Below, one piece after another: positions 51,226 to 60,561 of a stretch of 64,000 bases of DNA. This DNA is from Candidatus Latescibacterota bacterium (GTDB lineage: Bacteria; Latescibacterota; UBA2968; UBA8231). Under the pieces are notes generated by a model. That model saw only the letters and a program-made list of their open reading frames with translations, was not told the DNA's origin and ran no database searches. The DNA is taken from assembly GCA_965248265.1 (NCBI GenBank), contig CBDFJF010000002.1, forward strand, positions 608,001 through 672,000, written 5' to 3'. Made by a program: the position numbers and the translations under genes. Within the stretch, counting starts at the first letter, position 1. Every line of letters begins with the position of its first letter.

Positions 51226-53706
51226 CTATCTCCTTCCCGTGCGTTCACCGCGTTCAAAGCGAATCTGGGGGATGTCTTCGAACTGGGCCTTGAAGTAGAA
51301 TGCATGGTCCTCGGCGAAACGGCTGGGCTCGACATTGACGGTTGCAGACCAGTCGTGAAACTCGCGTTTCACGGACAGGAGCTCGGATGTCACGCGCTCT
51401 TGAGCGATCAGGGCGTCGCCAGGAGCATGCAGGTTATAGTTGACGGAATAATGGAAATGCCAGGCGTGTCGCCAGGACCATCCCGCGGCAGTGCGAGCCC
51501 AGGAGCGTGTCTGGTTGCCGGACGAACTTCGACGGCGTGAGAAATAATGGCTGATCTGCAACTGGCGTCCGCGCGCACGGGAGCCAATGTCGCGTTGTAG
51601 GCCGCCCTCGAAGCCGAACTCGTCGCGCCTCGAAGAGGGCAACCGGCCATACGACTCCGCTCCTGCGTAGCCGTACCGGCCGTCATAGTCGACTTCGGGG
51701 TCACCGCGATCTTGAACCGTGCGACCGGAGCGCTGCTCGTGCAACCGCACCGTCGAGTTGACTTCGAACTGCCGCAGTCGCGGCAGTGGATGAAACTCGT
51801 CATCATCGTCGTAGAATTCTGAGCGCAGACTGACACGGGTGTCGAAACGCCGTCCTACGTCGACGGTGAGGCTGGATACCAGATCAGACAAGGGTCTGCT
51901 GTTGCGGTCAAAATCGTAAGACGTTGCGAAGTTGACCTGTGCCAGGCGAATTTTCTGCTCCTCCTCGTCGCGCAGCATCTTGGCCCATATGCTGTTGGCC
52001 AGTCGAAGTGTCAGGCGGCGACTCTGCTTCCACGGTCGGCTCCTGCCACCAAACCCCAGCGTCCCTCCGGTGTCGGCTCTGGTGGCTTCGTAGCGCACTC
52101 CGACGTCTGGCTTGAGCACGTGTCGCAACGCAGTCACCCGGGGAAACATGGAGGGGTAGTACATACCATAGAGCGTCTGCGACAGAGTCGTCGACACCGT
52201 AACCCGGTCGGTTCTTACTCCTTCGAAGCGTGCTTCGGAGCGGCGCAGGTCCGCGTCTCGCCAGCGCTCACTCAAGCTGGCGTTGACGTTGAGCCAACTC
52301 ACCGGTCGTTGTTGGGACGACAGCCCGAGGGCGAAGTCACCACTGGTGGCGCTGGTTGTGTCCGTCGCCGTACCCCGCCTGGTGTTGCGCAAGCGGCCGT
52401 TGGCATCGTAGTAGATCCGTGAGTACCACGGTCCACCCCGACCGCGAGTTCGCGTCCCAAACAGCGATTTGCGGTTCGACCGAATGCTCATCTCTGGCCG
52501 CACCTCATTGAAGCTATCGGTGTCGAGGTTCTCGTTGCGGCTGGCGCTGACGTTCAGTGTGTAGCCGGCTTCGCGCCAGCGCTTGTCGAAGCGGACATTG
52601 GTGCGCAAGGTACGATTGAGACGTTCCTGCAGGACATCGCTGTTGTCGCGGCTGAAATTCTTGTTGCTCTGGAAGGTCCCCGACGCCCGAACATTCGCCG
52701 ATGGAGACAGTTGCTGGTTGTGACGGAAGGTCGTCCACCATTCCCAACGAACGTTGCCCTGGGTCTGCCGGTTCTCGAGCCGGGTCTCCACTCGCCCATC
52801 GAAGTGATAACGCCGGGCATAGGCGACCCTGCCCCGTCCGAGCCATCCCGAGCGCTGGCGCAGTTTTGATGATAGCAGCAGGTCCCAGTGTTCGCTCGGC
52901 GCCAGGTAGTATCCCAGGTTCCTGACCTCCCACTCGCTCTCCTGGCTGGCAAAGCTGAGCGGTCGCCGCCCGAACCCGGGTGTGAGCAGGCCGGATTGTC
53001 GATGTTCGCGCAGCGAGAATACGTAGAAGGGAATCCAGAACAGGCGGGTCTCGCCAATGCGGAAGTACACCGGCCGTGCGATGGCCATCTCACCGGCGAG
53101 GACCTTTATTCGCGGGCTGTAGAAGTCAAAATGCGGGTGCGGGCGGTCGCAGGTCGTGTAGGATCCGGCGTGGACATGGAATTCCTCCTCGGGCCTGGTC
53201 TCGATGAATTCGCCGCCGTAGAACCCCTTCTTGTAGGCGATGCGACCCTGGAAAATCGTTCCCTCACCACTCTCGATGTCATACAGGATCCGGTCCCCAC
53301 GCAGCAAGTCTGATCCCTTTTTCAAGCTCGGGCTGCCGATGGTGCCGCCACTGTCGGTGAGGGCACGCGCTTCGATGAGCTGTGCCTTGTAGTGATAGAC
53401 CATCTCTCCGGCTTCGAGTGTGGCCCCCCGATGCACGACGACGGCATTGCCGCGCAGGAGCAGTGAATCGCCCTTTTCGATGAAGCTGTCGGCCGTGTAT
53501 TCGAACGATTTGCCTTCTGGCATTGCCAGCAATTCGTCGATCTCCGAGAGCGAGAGGGCGGACGCCGGAGAATTCGCGGTGGCGTCCTGCTGCTGGGCCA
53601 CGGATGGTGCACACACCAATGCACCGATAACGATAAGCCGGATTCGACAGCCAGTGGTTCCGTGTAGGGGGATCACCGCCACACCGCTCGCACCTGATTC
53701 AGCCAC
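51226..53706 (-). CDS. lptD: Putative LPS assembly protein LptD (FCB type)
   Basis: OstA-like N-domain (YTAD, LLRGNAVV, YTTCD..HF), QSGLLTP, NLGYY and beta-barrel; start estimated at GTG 53706. Confidence 0.8.
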   Translation of the reverse strand: MAESGASGVAVIPLHGTTGCRIRLIVIGALVCAPSVAQQQDATANSPASALSLSEIDELLAMPEGKSFEYTADSFIEKGDSLLLRGNAVVVHRGATLEAGEMVYHYKAQLIEARALTDSGGTIGSPSLKKGSDLLRGDRILYDIESGEGTIFQGRIAYKKGFYGGEFIETRPEEEFHVHAGSYTTCDRPHPHFDFYSPRIKVLAGEMAIARPVYFRIGETRLFWIPFYVFSLREHRQSGLLTPGFGRRPLSFASQESEWEVRNLGYYLAPSEHWDLLLSSKLRQRSGWLGRGRVAYARRYHFDGRVETRLENRQTQGNVRWEWWTTFRHNQQLSPSANVRASGTFQSNKNFSRDNSDVLQERLNRTLRTNVRFDKRWREAGYTLNVSASRNENLDTDSFNEVRPEMSIRSNRKSLFGTRTRGRGGPWYSRIYYDANGRLRNTRRGTATDTTSATSGDFALGLSSQQRPVSWLNVNASLSERWRDADLRRSEARFEGVRTDRVTVSTTLSQTLYGMYYPSMFPRVTALRHVLKPDVGVRYEATRADTGGTLGFGGRSRPWKQSRRLTLRLANSIWAKMLRDEEEQKIRLAQVNFATSYDFDRNSRPLSDLVSSLTVDVGRRFDTRVSLRSEFYDDDDEFHPLPRLRQFEVNSTVRLHEQRSGRTVQDRGDPEVDYDGRYGYAGAESYGRLPSSRRDEFGFEGGLQRDIGSRARGRQLQISHYFSRRRSSSGNQTRSWARTAAGWSWRHAWHFHYSVNYNLHAPGDALIAQERVTSELLSVKREFHDWSATVNVEPSRFAEDHAFYFKAQFEDIPQIRFERGERTGRR

Positions 53707-54823
53707 CAGAGGTCCGCTGACGGAGTACCTCGTACAACACCAGACCGGCAGCAACTGACGCGTTGAGTGAGCCGACCTCGAGCCGACCCAGGGGAATGCT
53801 GACCCGGAAGTCGCATGCATCGCGGATTCCCGGGCGCAGCCCCTTGGCCTCACCTCCAATGACGATGCCCAGCGGGTCATTGTAGTCTACGGTCGTGAAT
53901 TCCGAGTCTCCCTGGGGTTCGAGCCCAGCGAGCCACAAGCCACGATCGCGCGCCGATCGCAGCGCGTGGCGGAGGTTGGTGACCCTGCAAACCGGCACGT
54001 GGTCCACGGAGCCGGCCGAGGCTTTCGTGACAGAGCCTGTGAGTGCGGCGCAACGCCGCCGCTCGATGACGACACCAGCCGCTTTCACCGCATGCGCCGT
54101 GCGGATGATGGCCCCCAAATTGTGTGGATCCTGAATGCCATCCAGGAACACGAGGAAAGCCGGATTGGTCTCATCTCCGCAGGCGGTCTCAAGAATCTCA
54201 CCGAAATCGGCGTAGGGTCTTGCGGCCAGTACGGCGATCACGCCCTGATGGTTGCCCCCATCGGCGAGCCGATCAAGGCGGATGCGTTCGCCGACGTCGA
54301 AGGGGATCGAGCTCTGGCGGGCCAACTGGAAGATCTCGTCGAGATCGGCGCCATGGGCTCCACTGGCAGCCACCAAGCGATTGATGGTGAGACCCGAGCG
54401 CAATGCGTGCAGGACGGGCTTGCGTCCGAACACCATCTCGTCGTCAGAATCTGGACGATCGCCATGAGTGGGCCTTCGAGTGTCCTTCCGGTCCGTACCA
54501 CCTGACCGATCGGAACTGGACTTGCGGGTGTTCTTTCGTTTGCTACGACCTCGCAGGTCGTCGGAGGTCTGTCCGCGAGTATCTTTACGGGTCGTACGAC
54601 CTCGCAGGTCGTCGGAGGTCTGTCCGCGAGTATCTTTACGGGTCGTACGACCTCGTAGGTCGTCGGAGGTCTGTCCGCGAGTATCTTTGCGGGTCGTACG
54701 ACCTCGCAGGTCGTCGGAGGAGTGTTTGCGAGTATCTTTGCGGTCCGTACGACCTCGCAGGTCGTCAGAGGAGTGCCTGCGAGTATCTTTGCGGTCCGTA
54801 CGACCTGACCTGGGTCTGGGCAC
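53699..54823 (-). CDS. rlmB: 23S rRNA Gm2251 2'-O-methyltransferase with long N-terminal repeat extension
   Basis: FGRKPV, NHQGV, DGIQDPHNLGAIIRTA, KASAG, IGGEAKG and SLNASVA. Confidence 0.93.
   Translation of the reverse strand: MPRPRSGRTDRKDTRRHSSDDLRGRTDRKDTRKHSSDDLRGRTTRKDTRGQTSDDLRGRTTRKDTRGQTSDDLRGRTTRKDTRGQTSDDLRGRSKRKNTRKSSSDRSGGTDRKDTRRPTHGDRPDSDDEMVFGRKPVLHALRSGLTINRLVAASGAHGADLDEIFQLARQSSIPFDVGERIRLDRLADGGNHQGVIAVLAARPYADFGEILETACGDETNPAFLVFLDGIQDPHNLGAIIRTAHAVKAAGVVIERRRCAALTGSVTKASAGSVDHVPVCRVTNLRHALRSARDRGLWLAGLEPQGDSEFTTVDYNDPLGIVIGGEAKGLRPGIRDACDFRVSIPLGRLEVGSLNASVAAGLVLYEVLRQRTSGG
54544..54806. repeat. 51-bp tandem repeat, 5 copies plus a degenerate flank, in the rlmB 5' region
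   Basis: Units start at 54544, 54595, 54646, 54697 and 54748 (TACGACCTCG[C/T]AGGTCGTC...) and encode the 17-aa unit RTxRKDTRxxxSDDLRG. Confidence 0.95.
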
Positions 54824-54936
54824 GGGTTCCTGCTTCTATTAAAGGCCGCTGGATTCGCCCTGGGCAGCTCAGGGGCGGAAGGTTCTGAAGGCCAAGACGG
54901 ACATTGGTTCCCATGGTACGGCCCAGATGGGCCGTG

Positions 54937-54960
54937 TTACAATGGCGTTACTGATTGTAA
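54937..54960. promoter_or_regulatory. Candidate operator TTACAAT-N10-ATTGTAA in an AT-rich divergent region
   Basis: Perfect 7-bp inverted repeat between rlmB (-) and the small ORF (+). Confidence 0.4.
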
Positions 54961-55078
54961 ATAAAAGGGTTATTGATATTTTCCGCCAGTGGATCATCTT
55001 TTGCTGAATGTCTGTGTGATCAGCGCAGTGACTATGAAGCCGCCTGTTACTCAATCACCTGTCAGCAGAGAGCACCAT

Positions 55079-55210
55079 ATGGATACGGTAATCACGATAG
55101 GCGAGCTGGTTATCGCCCTGGCCGCCTTCGGGGTCATCTCGAAGGCCGTCATAGGTCGTCTGGGGGAGTTGGGTATGTTTCAGAGGTCGGATCTCCAACA
55201 GCAGGGGTAG
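55079..55210 (+). CDS. Small hypothetical membrane protein (43 aa)
   Basis: ATG after AGAGAG; a single hydrophobic stretch (VITIGELVIALAAFGVISKAVI); fills an otherwise empty gap. Confidence 0.5.
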   Translation: MDTVITIGELVIALAAFGVISKAVIGRLGELGMFQRSDLQQQG

Positions 55211-55222
55211 GAAAAACCCGCG

Positions 55223-55696
55223 TCAGCGTTTGCGGTCTTCAGGACCTTTGAAGCCGTCGCCAAAATCGTAACCGGCCTTGCCCCAATCGATCTGACCCGG
55301 ATCGAGTCGTTGGCGCAGCTTCTCCAGGGTGTGCAGGATCGCCTGTTCCTGCTTGGCCAGCTCATCATCCGTGGCACCAGCGGATGCTTCTTGTGTTTTC
55401 TTCGGCGGTATCGACGGTTTTCGTGGGGCTGATCTGGCTCGTTCGGGACCCGCCTTTGCAGCTGTACCCCCGATTGGTTTGTCCTCGTAGAAGAACTCGG
55501 CGAACTCCAGCATTATGGCTGCCTTTTCCTCCGCCGAGACCTCACCAAGTCCATGTATAGCCGAGTTGAGCTGCTCGATCGTATCCAGATCGACGTCGGA
55601 GAGAATTTCGCGGGTTCTCTCTTCGCCAAGCGCGATCAAGAAGACGGCTACTTTTTCAAGGCGCGTGAACCGGTCCAGTGGATGATCAGGTGCCAA
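55223..55696 (-). CDS. Hypothetical protein with FliG N-terminal-like domain
   Basis: FTRLEKVAVFLIALGEERTREIL..IEQL..AI..LGEVSAEEKAAIMLEF resembles FliG_N; low-complexity linker follows. Confidence 0.65.
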   Translation of the reverse strand: MAPDHPLDRFTRLEKVAVFLIALGEERTREILSDVDLDTIEQLNSAIHGLGEVSAEEKAAIMLEFAEFFYEDKPIGGTAAKAGPERARSAPRKPSIPPKKTQEASAGATDDELAKQEQAILHTLEKLRQRLDPGQIDWGKAGYDFGDGFKGPEDRKR

Positions 55697-55710
55697 GTCG
55701 CTCTCCCGTT

Positions 55711-58374
55711 TCAGGCCTTTTCAGCCGCGTCCGGATCGTCATTCTTCGTCTCCCCCAACACATCCCGCCATCGAGCGAGGTGTTCGAGAGCTTCGAGTGG
55801 GGTCGTCTGGTCTGGATCGAGATCTCGAAGTTGGTTCAAGACGCGTATCGCCGCAGACCCTGCGACGCCGCCAAACAGGTCCATCTGATCAGCGCCTGTA
55901 TCTACAATGGGCACCGACTCCGGTGCGGTCGTGATCTGCTCCGCCTCCAGGCGCGACAAGATCTGCTTGGCCCGGGCCAGGACCGACTCCGGCATACCCG
56001 CCATCTCCGCGACGTTGATTCCGTAGCTGCGGTCGCATGGCCCTTCCGCGAGCCGATGCAGGAAGACGACTCGTTCCTCCTCTTCGTGAACGGCCACATT
56101 AAAATTGCGCAAGCGGGGAAGAGTCCTCTGCAGCTGCGTCAGTTCGTGATAGTGGGTGGCAAAGAGCGTCCGCGGACGGGCGCCATCGGCGTCGTGTCCG
56201 TGCAGGTGTTCGAGCACGGCCCAGGCAATGCTGAGGCCGTCGAACGTGCTGGTGCCACGCCCCAACTCGTCGAGCAGGATGAGGCTCTTCGAGGTCACAT
56301 TGTTCAGGATATTCGAGGCTTCACTCATCTCGACCATGAAGGTACTCTCGCCTCGGATGAGATTGTCCGAGGCACCGACCCGAGTAAAGATGCGATCGAC
56401 CACCCCGATACGAGCGCTGCGCGCCGGCACGAAACTGCCTACTTGAGCCAGTAGTACGATCAGGCCAACCTGACGAATCGCCGTGCTCTTGCCCGCCATG
56501 TTCGGGCCGGTGATCAACAGGATCTGCGCCTCGTCGCTGTCCAGATGGACATCGTTGGGAACGAAGCGGCCGGTCGGTAACTGGCGTTCGACCACAGGAT
56601 GTCGCCCCCCTTCGATCGCGATCACACATGAGTCATCAATGTCCGGACGGGTATATCCTTCAGCCTCCGATACCTCGGCGAAGGTTCCGACAACATCGAT
56701 TTGGGCCAGCGATCGGGCGCACTGCTGTACCGGATTCGACCATTCGGCCAGGCGCTCGCGCAACTCGAAAAACAAGCTGGACTCGATCTCCGCAATCTGC
56801 TCCTGGGCGCTGAGCACACGCACCTCGTATTCCTTCAACTCCGGTGTGATGAAGCGTTCCGCGTTGGCGAGTGTCTGTTTGCGGGTATACCCCTCGGGGA
56901 CTCGGTCCAGATTGGTTTTGCTGATTTCAATGTAGTAGCCGAAGACCTGGTTGAAGCCGACCTTGAGGGAGGCAACCCCGGTTCGCTGGCGCTCGGACGC
57001 CTGTAACTCGGCGATCCAATTGCGGCCGCCGGCAGCGATTTCTCGCAGGGAATCGAGTTCTTGGTGGTAGCCCTCGCGGAACAGGCCGCCATCCGAAACG
57101 CTGGCCGGCGGATCGGCGACGAGCGCCGCGCCGACGGTGTCGACCAGGCCGGCGGTAGATGGCATTTCTTCATGCGTGAGCAGCGTCAGCAGCGGATCAC
57201 TCAAGGTTTCCAGCCGGGCGCACAAGGCTGGTACAAGCGCCAGCGACCGAGCCAGTCCGACCAGATCTCGGGCGTTGGCCCGCCGACAGCAGATCCGGGC
57301 CATGATGCGCTCGAGGTCGTCTACGGCGGACAACGTCTCACGCACGGTGCTCCGTGCGTCTCGATCGTTCACCAGTGCCGACACGGCATCGAGACGACGG
57401 CAAATAGCCTCCGGGCTGCTCAAGGGAGCCGTAACCCACTGTCGCAGAAGGCGCGCACCCATTGGCGAGCAGGTACAGTCCAACACCTCCAGAAGGGAAC
57501 CGGTCTCGCTGCCGTCGTGCTGGTTGGCGACCAAATCGAGGTTGCGTTGTGCGGTTGCATCGAGGAACAGGTGGTCGCCCCGTCTTCTGCGACGCAGCCG
57601 GTTAATGTGCTCTACCGCGCCACGCTGGTTCTGGCGCAGGTACTCCAGTGCCGCGCCACCAGCGCGCACCCCCAGATCCAGGTCTTCACAGTCAAAGCCC
57701 TTGAGCGAGTGCACGTGAAACTGTTCAGTCAGTATTTCGTAGGCGTGTTCGAAATCGAACTGCCACTGTTCAAGCCGGCTGATGGCAACGCCTGGCAGGG
57801 TATGTTGGATGCCATCGGGCCAGTCCTCCGGCATGGTATCGCTCAGGATCAGCTCGGATGGGGTCAGGCGCGTGAGTTCGTCGCTCAGCTCCGTGAGCGG
57901 AATCTCGTCGAGGCAGAAATCACCCGTCGACACGTCGACGACGGCTACGCCCACGTGATCTCCGTTGGGACACAGGCAGGCGGCGTAGTTGTTGCGCTCG
58001 CCGTCGAGGATGCTATCCGCCAGTGCCGTCCCCGGCGACACCACCTCGACCACGTCTCTCTTAACCACGCCCTTGGCCTTCTTCGGGTCCTCCACCTGTT
58101 CGCAAATGGCGACCTTACGGCCCATGCGAATGAGCTTCGCCAGGTAGGATTCGGCAGCGTGGTGTGGCACGCCAGCCAGCGGAACCTCGCCCGAAGACTT
58201 GCCGTGGTTGCGCGACGTCAGCGTCAGGCCCAACAATCTGGACACCTCCCGCGCATCATCGTGGAACATCTCGTAGAAATCACCCATGCGGAAAAACAGA
58301 ATGGCATCCGGATGCTGCCGCTTGAAGCGTGAGTACTGCTCCATCGCTGGTGTCAGCTTCTTCGGGGATGGCAT
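55711..58374 (-). CDS. mutS: DNA mismatch repair protein MutS
   Basis: FFRMGDFYEMF, GRHPVVE, TGPNMAGKST, STFMVEM, DELGRGTST and FATHYHEL. Confidence 0.98.
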   Translation of the reverse strand: MPSPKKLTPAMEQYSRFKRQHPDAILFFRMGDFYEMFHDDAREVSRLLGLTLTSRNHGKSSGEVPLAGVPHHAAESYLAKLIRMGRKVAICEQVEDPKKAKGVVKRDVVEVVSPGTALADSILDGERNNYAACLCPNGDHVGVAVVDVSTGDFCLDEIPLTELSDELTRLTPSELILSDTMPEDWPDGIQHTLPGVAISRLEQWQFDFEHAYEILTEQFHVHSLKGFDCEDLDLGVRAGGAALEYLRQNQRGAVEHINRLRRRRRGDHLFLDATAQRNLDLVANQHDGSETGSLLEVLDCTCSPMGARLLRQWVTAPLSSPEAICRRLDAVSALVNDRDARSTVRETLSAVDDLERIMARICCRRANARDLVGLARSLALVPALCARLETLSDPLLTLLTHEEMPSTAGLVDTVGAALVADPPASVSDGGLFREGYHQELDSLREIAAGGRNWIAELQASERQRTGVASLKVGFNQVFGYYIEISKTNLDRVPEGYTRKQTLANAERFITPELKEYEVRVLSAQEQIAEIESSLFFELRERLAEWSNPVQQCARSLAQIDVVGTFAEVSEAEGYTRPDIDDSCVIAIEGGRHPVVERQLPTGRFVPNDVHLDSDEAQILLITGPNMAGKSTAIRQVGLIVLLAQVGSFVPARSARIGVVDRIFTRVGASDNLIRGESTFMVEMSEASNILNNVTSKSLILLDELGRGTSTFDGLSIAWAVLEHLHGHDADGARPRTLFATHYHELTQLQRTLPRLRNFNVAVHEEEERVVFLHRLAEGPCDRSYGINVAEMAGMPESVLARAKQILSRLEAEQITTAPESVPIVDTGADQMDLFGGVAGSAAIRVLNQLRDLDPDQTTPLEALEHLARWRDVLGETKNDDPDAAEKA

Positions 58375-58416
58375 AGGCGTTGTTGGCGGTGGGACGAAAC
58401 CAAGATCCGGCTCGAG

Positions 58417-58453
58417 AAAAAAATAACCCCTTTGTCAGGCCCGACAAAGGGGT
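58417..58453 (-). terminator. Intrinsic terminator downstream of rpsA
   Basis: 11-bp stem ACCCCTTTGTC/GACAAAGGGGT followed by TATTTTTTT on the minus strand. Confidence 0.85.
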
Positions 58454-58474
58454 GTCCTTCTGGTGTAATATTTG

Positions 58475-58508
58475 AACAAACCGGCGGGTGCGCGATGCGC
58501 CCCGCCGG
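58475..58508 (-). terminator. GC-rich hairpin immediately after rpsA (first of two tandem terminators)
   Basis: CCGGCGGG..GCGC/GCGC..CCCGCCGG stem followed by TTTGTT on the minus strand. Confidence 0.6.
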
Positions 58509-58519
58509 CCTATGCCTGT

Positions 58520-60487
58520 CTATTCTTTCTCTTCCTCGTCTTCCACTTCATCAGGGGCCGCCTCTTCGGCGACTTCGTCGGCCTCAACTGGAGCTTCCTC
58601 AATCGGGGCATCCGTTTCAGCCTCTACCTCAGCGGCTTCTTCCGCCACCGCAGCGGCAGGCGCATCGGATTCGTCAGCGCCCCAGCTCTCCATCTCCTCA
58701 TCCTGGTCGGCGACGACTTCACCAATCGTCACTGGACGGACAGGATGGAGCTCGAGGTATTCGTCGACCTCCGCCTGATCGCGGCCCTTGAGGTACTCGA
58801 GTACGCTGAGCACGATCTTCTTCTGATCCTGATCGAACTCGATCACCTTGAGCGGCAACTCCTGATCGATCTCGAAACTCTGGCGCGGCGACTGCAGGTT
58901 GTCGATGCCCAGTTGAGACAGCGGAACGAAGCCGTCGACACCTTCCAGCGAAATGACGAGTCCACGCTCGAGAAGGCGGGACACCGTGCCCTGAGTCTCG
59001 GTTCCGACCGCGTACATCTCGGCCAGTTTGGGCCACGGATTCTCGAACGAAAGCTTGTGGCTCAAAGAAATGCGCCGGCGTTTCTTATCCACGTCAGTGA
59101 CCACGACTGGAATCACGTCTCCCTTCTTGAACACGTCGCTGGCCTGGCGGATGCGCCGGGTCCACGACATGTCCGAGATGTGGACGAGTCCGTCGATACC
59201 GTCTTCGATTTCCACGAAGGCGCCAAAGTTGGTCAGACTCTTGATCTTGCCCTCGAGCTCCCTGCCTCTGGGATAGTTCTCGTCGAGGGTTTCCCAGGGA
59301 TCGGGATCCGTCTGCTTCATTCCCAGGGAGATTTTCTTGCTCTCTTTGTCGAGTTTGAGAACCACGATTTCGACGGTATCGCCAATCGAGACCAGTTTGG
59401 ACGGGTGCCTGATGTGTTGTGTCCAGGACATCTCTGAGATGTGCACCAGACCCTCGATGCCCTCCTCGAGCTCGACGAAGGCACCGTAGTCGGTGATACT
59501 GACGACGCGCCCCTGGGTCTGAGTAGTCTCCGGATACTTTTCGTCGATCTTCTCCCATGGATGCGGAGTCAACTGGCGCAAGCCGAGCGAGATTCGTTCC
59601 CGCTCGCGTTCGTACTTGAGGACCTTCACCTTGATGCGGTCGCCGATGGACACCATCTCCGATGGGTGGCTGACCCGTCCCCAGGACATATCCGTTATGT
59701 GCAGGAGTCCATCCACGCCGCCCAGGTCGATGAACGCACCGAAGTCGGTGATGTTCTTGACGACGCCCTCGCGAACCTGTCCTTCTTCAAGCTCCTTGAT
59801 GATACCCTGGCGCAGTCGTTCGCGTTCCTCTTCGAGGACCGCTCGGCGTGAAACGACGATGTTGCGCCTTGCCTTGTTCAGCTTGATGATCTTGAATTCG
59901 AACGCCTGGCCGAGAAACTGATCGAAGTTCTTGACCTGGCGGATGTCGATCTGGGAACCGGGGAGGAAGGCTTCAACGCCGAGCAGATCGACGACGATGC
60001 CGCCCTTGATACGACGGGTGAGCCGGCCATTCACCGTGGAACCGCCGTCGTGGGCCTCCTTGATGCTGTCCCAAACGCGCATGAAGTCGGCTTTTTGTTT
60101 GGAGAGGACGACCCGGCCCTCCAGGTCTTCGACGTTCTCCAGAAAAACTTCGACTTCGGCACCAATCTCGATCGATTCCGGGGCGTCGCCGAACTCCTTT
60201 AGCGGAATGGCTCCTTCAGACTTGAAGCCGATATCGACGAGGACTTCTCCTGGCGTCGTACCGACGACGCGGCCTTTGACGATTTCGCCCTCCTTGATGC
60301 CGGAAAAGCTGTCATCGTACATGGCCATCAGATCATCGAACTGCTCCTGTGAGTACTCAGGAGTGTCGAGATCCTCTATGCTGATATCCCCGTACACCGG
60401 CTTTTCGTCCACGAGTGTGGCTGTCGGCGAGGAGTCCTCAGGAGTTTCCACCTGCGGGACCTCAGCTTCGGGTGATTGCTCTGTCAT
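58520..60487 (-). CDS. rpsA: 30S ribosomal protein S1
   Basis: Repeated S1 domains (DIGFKSEG, FLPGSQID, FGAFIDLGGVDGLLHITD, YGAFVEL, FGAFVEI); acidic C-terminal tail. Confidence 0.98.
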   Translation of the reverse strand: MTEQSPEAEVPQVETPEDSSPTATLVDEKPVYGDISIEDLDTPEYSQEQFDDLMAMYDDSFSGIKEGEIVKGRVVGTTPGEVLVDIGFKSEGAIPLKEFGDAPESIEIGAEVEVFLENVEDLEGRVVLSKQKADFMRVWDSIKEAHDGGSTVNGRLTRRIKGGIVVDLLGVEAFLPGSQIDIRQVKNFDQFLGQAFEFKIIKLNKARRNIVVSRRAVLEEERERLRQGIIKELEEGQVREGVVKNITDFGAFIDLGGVDGLLHITDMSWGRVSHPSEMVSIGDRIKVKVLKYERERERISLGLRQLTPHPWEKIDEKYPETTQTQGRVVSITDYGAFVELEEGIEGLVHISEMSWTQHIRHPSKLVSIGDTVEIVVLKLDKESKKISLGMKQTDPDPWETLDENYPRGRELEGKIKSLTNFGAFVEIEDGIDGLVHISDMSWTRRIRQASDVFKKGDVIPVVVTDVDKKRRRISLSHKLSFENPWPKLAEMYAVGTETQGTVSRLLERGLVISLEGVDGFVPLSQLGIDNLQSPRQSFEIDQELPLKVIEFDQDQKKIVLSVLEYLKGRDQAEVDEYLELHPVRPVTIGEVVADQDEEMESWGADESDAPAAAVAEEAAEVEAETDAPIEEAPVEADEVAEEAAPDEVEDEEEKE

Positions 60488-60561
60488 CTGACCGTCCTTG
60501 TGGGTTAGATAACTAAAAATCTGCTACAAGTCCCAATCTGGCAACAGCTTGGCCAAAAAAA

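Noticed and set aside
53707-53880. Extended LptD N-terminus (similarly the pncB, sufU, sufD, DUF58 and scpB extensions in the ORF track)
   Set aside because: These overlap neighbouring genes; downstream coupled starts fit better.
54544-54806. 51-bp repeats as a CRISPR array
   Set aside because: The units are contiguous with no unique spacers, are in frame with rlmB, and have no cas genes nearby.
57061-58332. 423-aa plus-strand ORF (likewise 37040-38296, 35958-37025, 31115-32173 and 41814-42845)
   Set aside because: Antisense shadows of well-supported genes, expected from GC-rich codon usage; no recognisable motifs.
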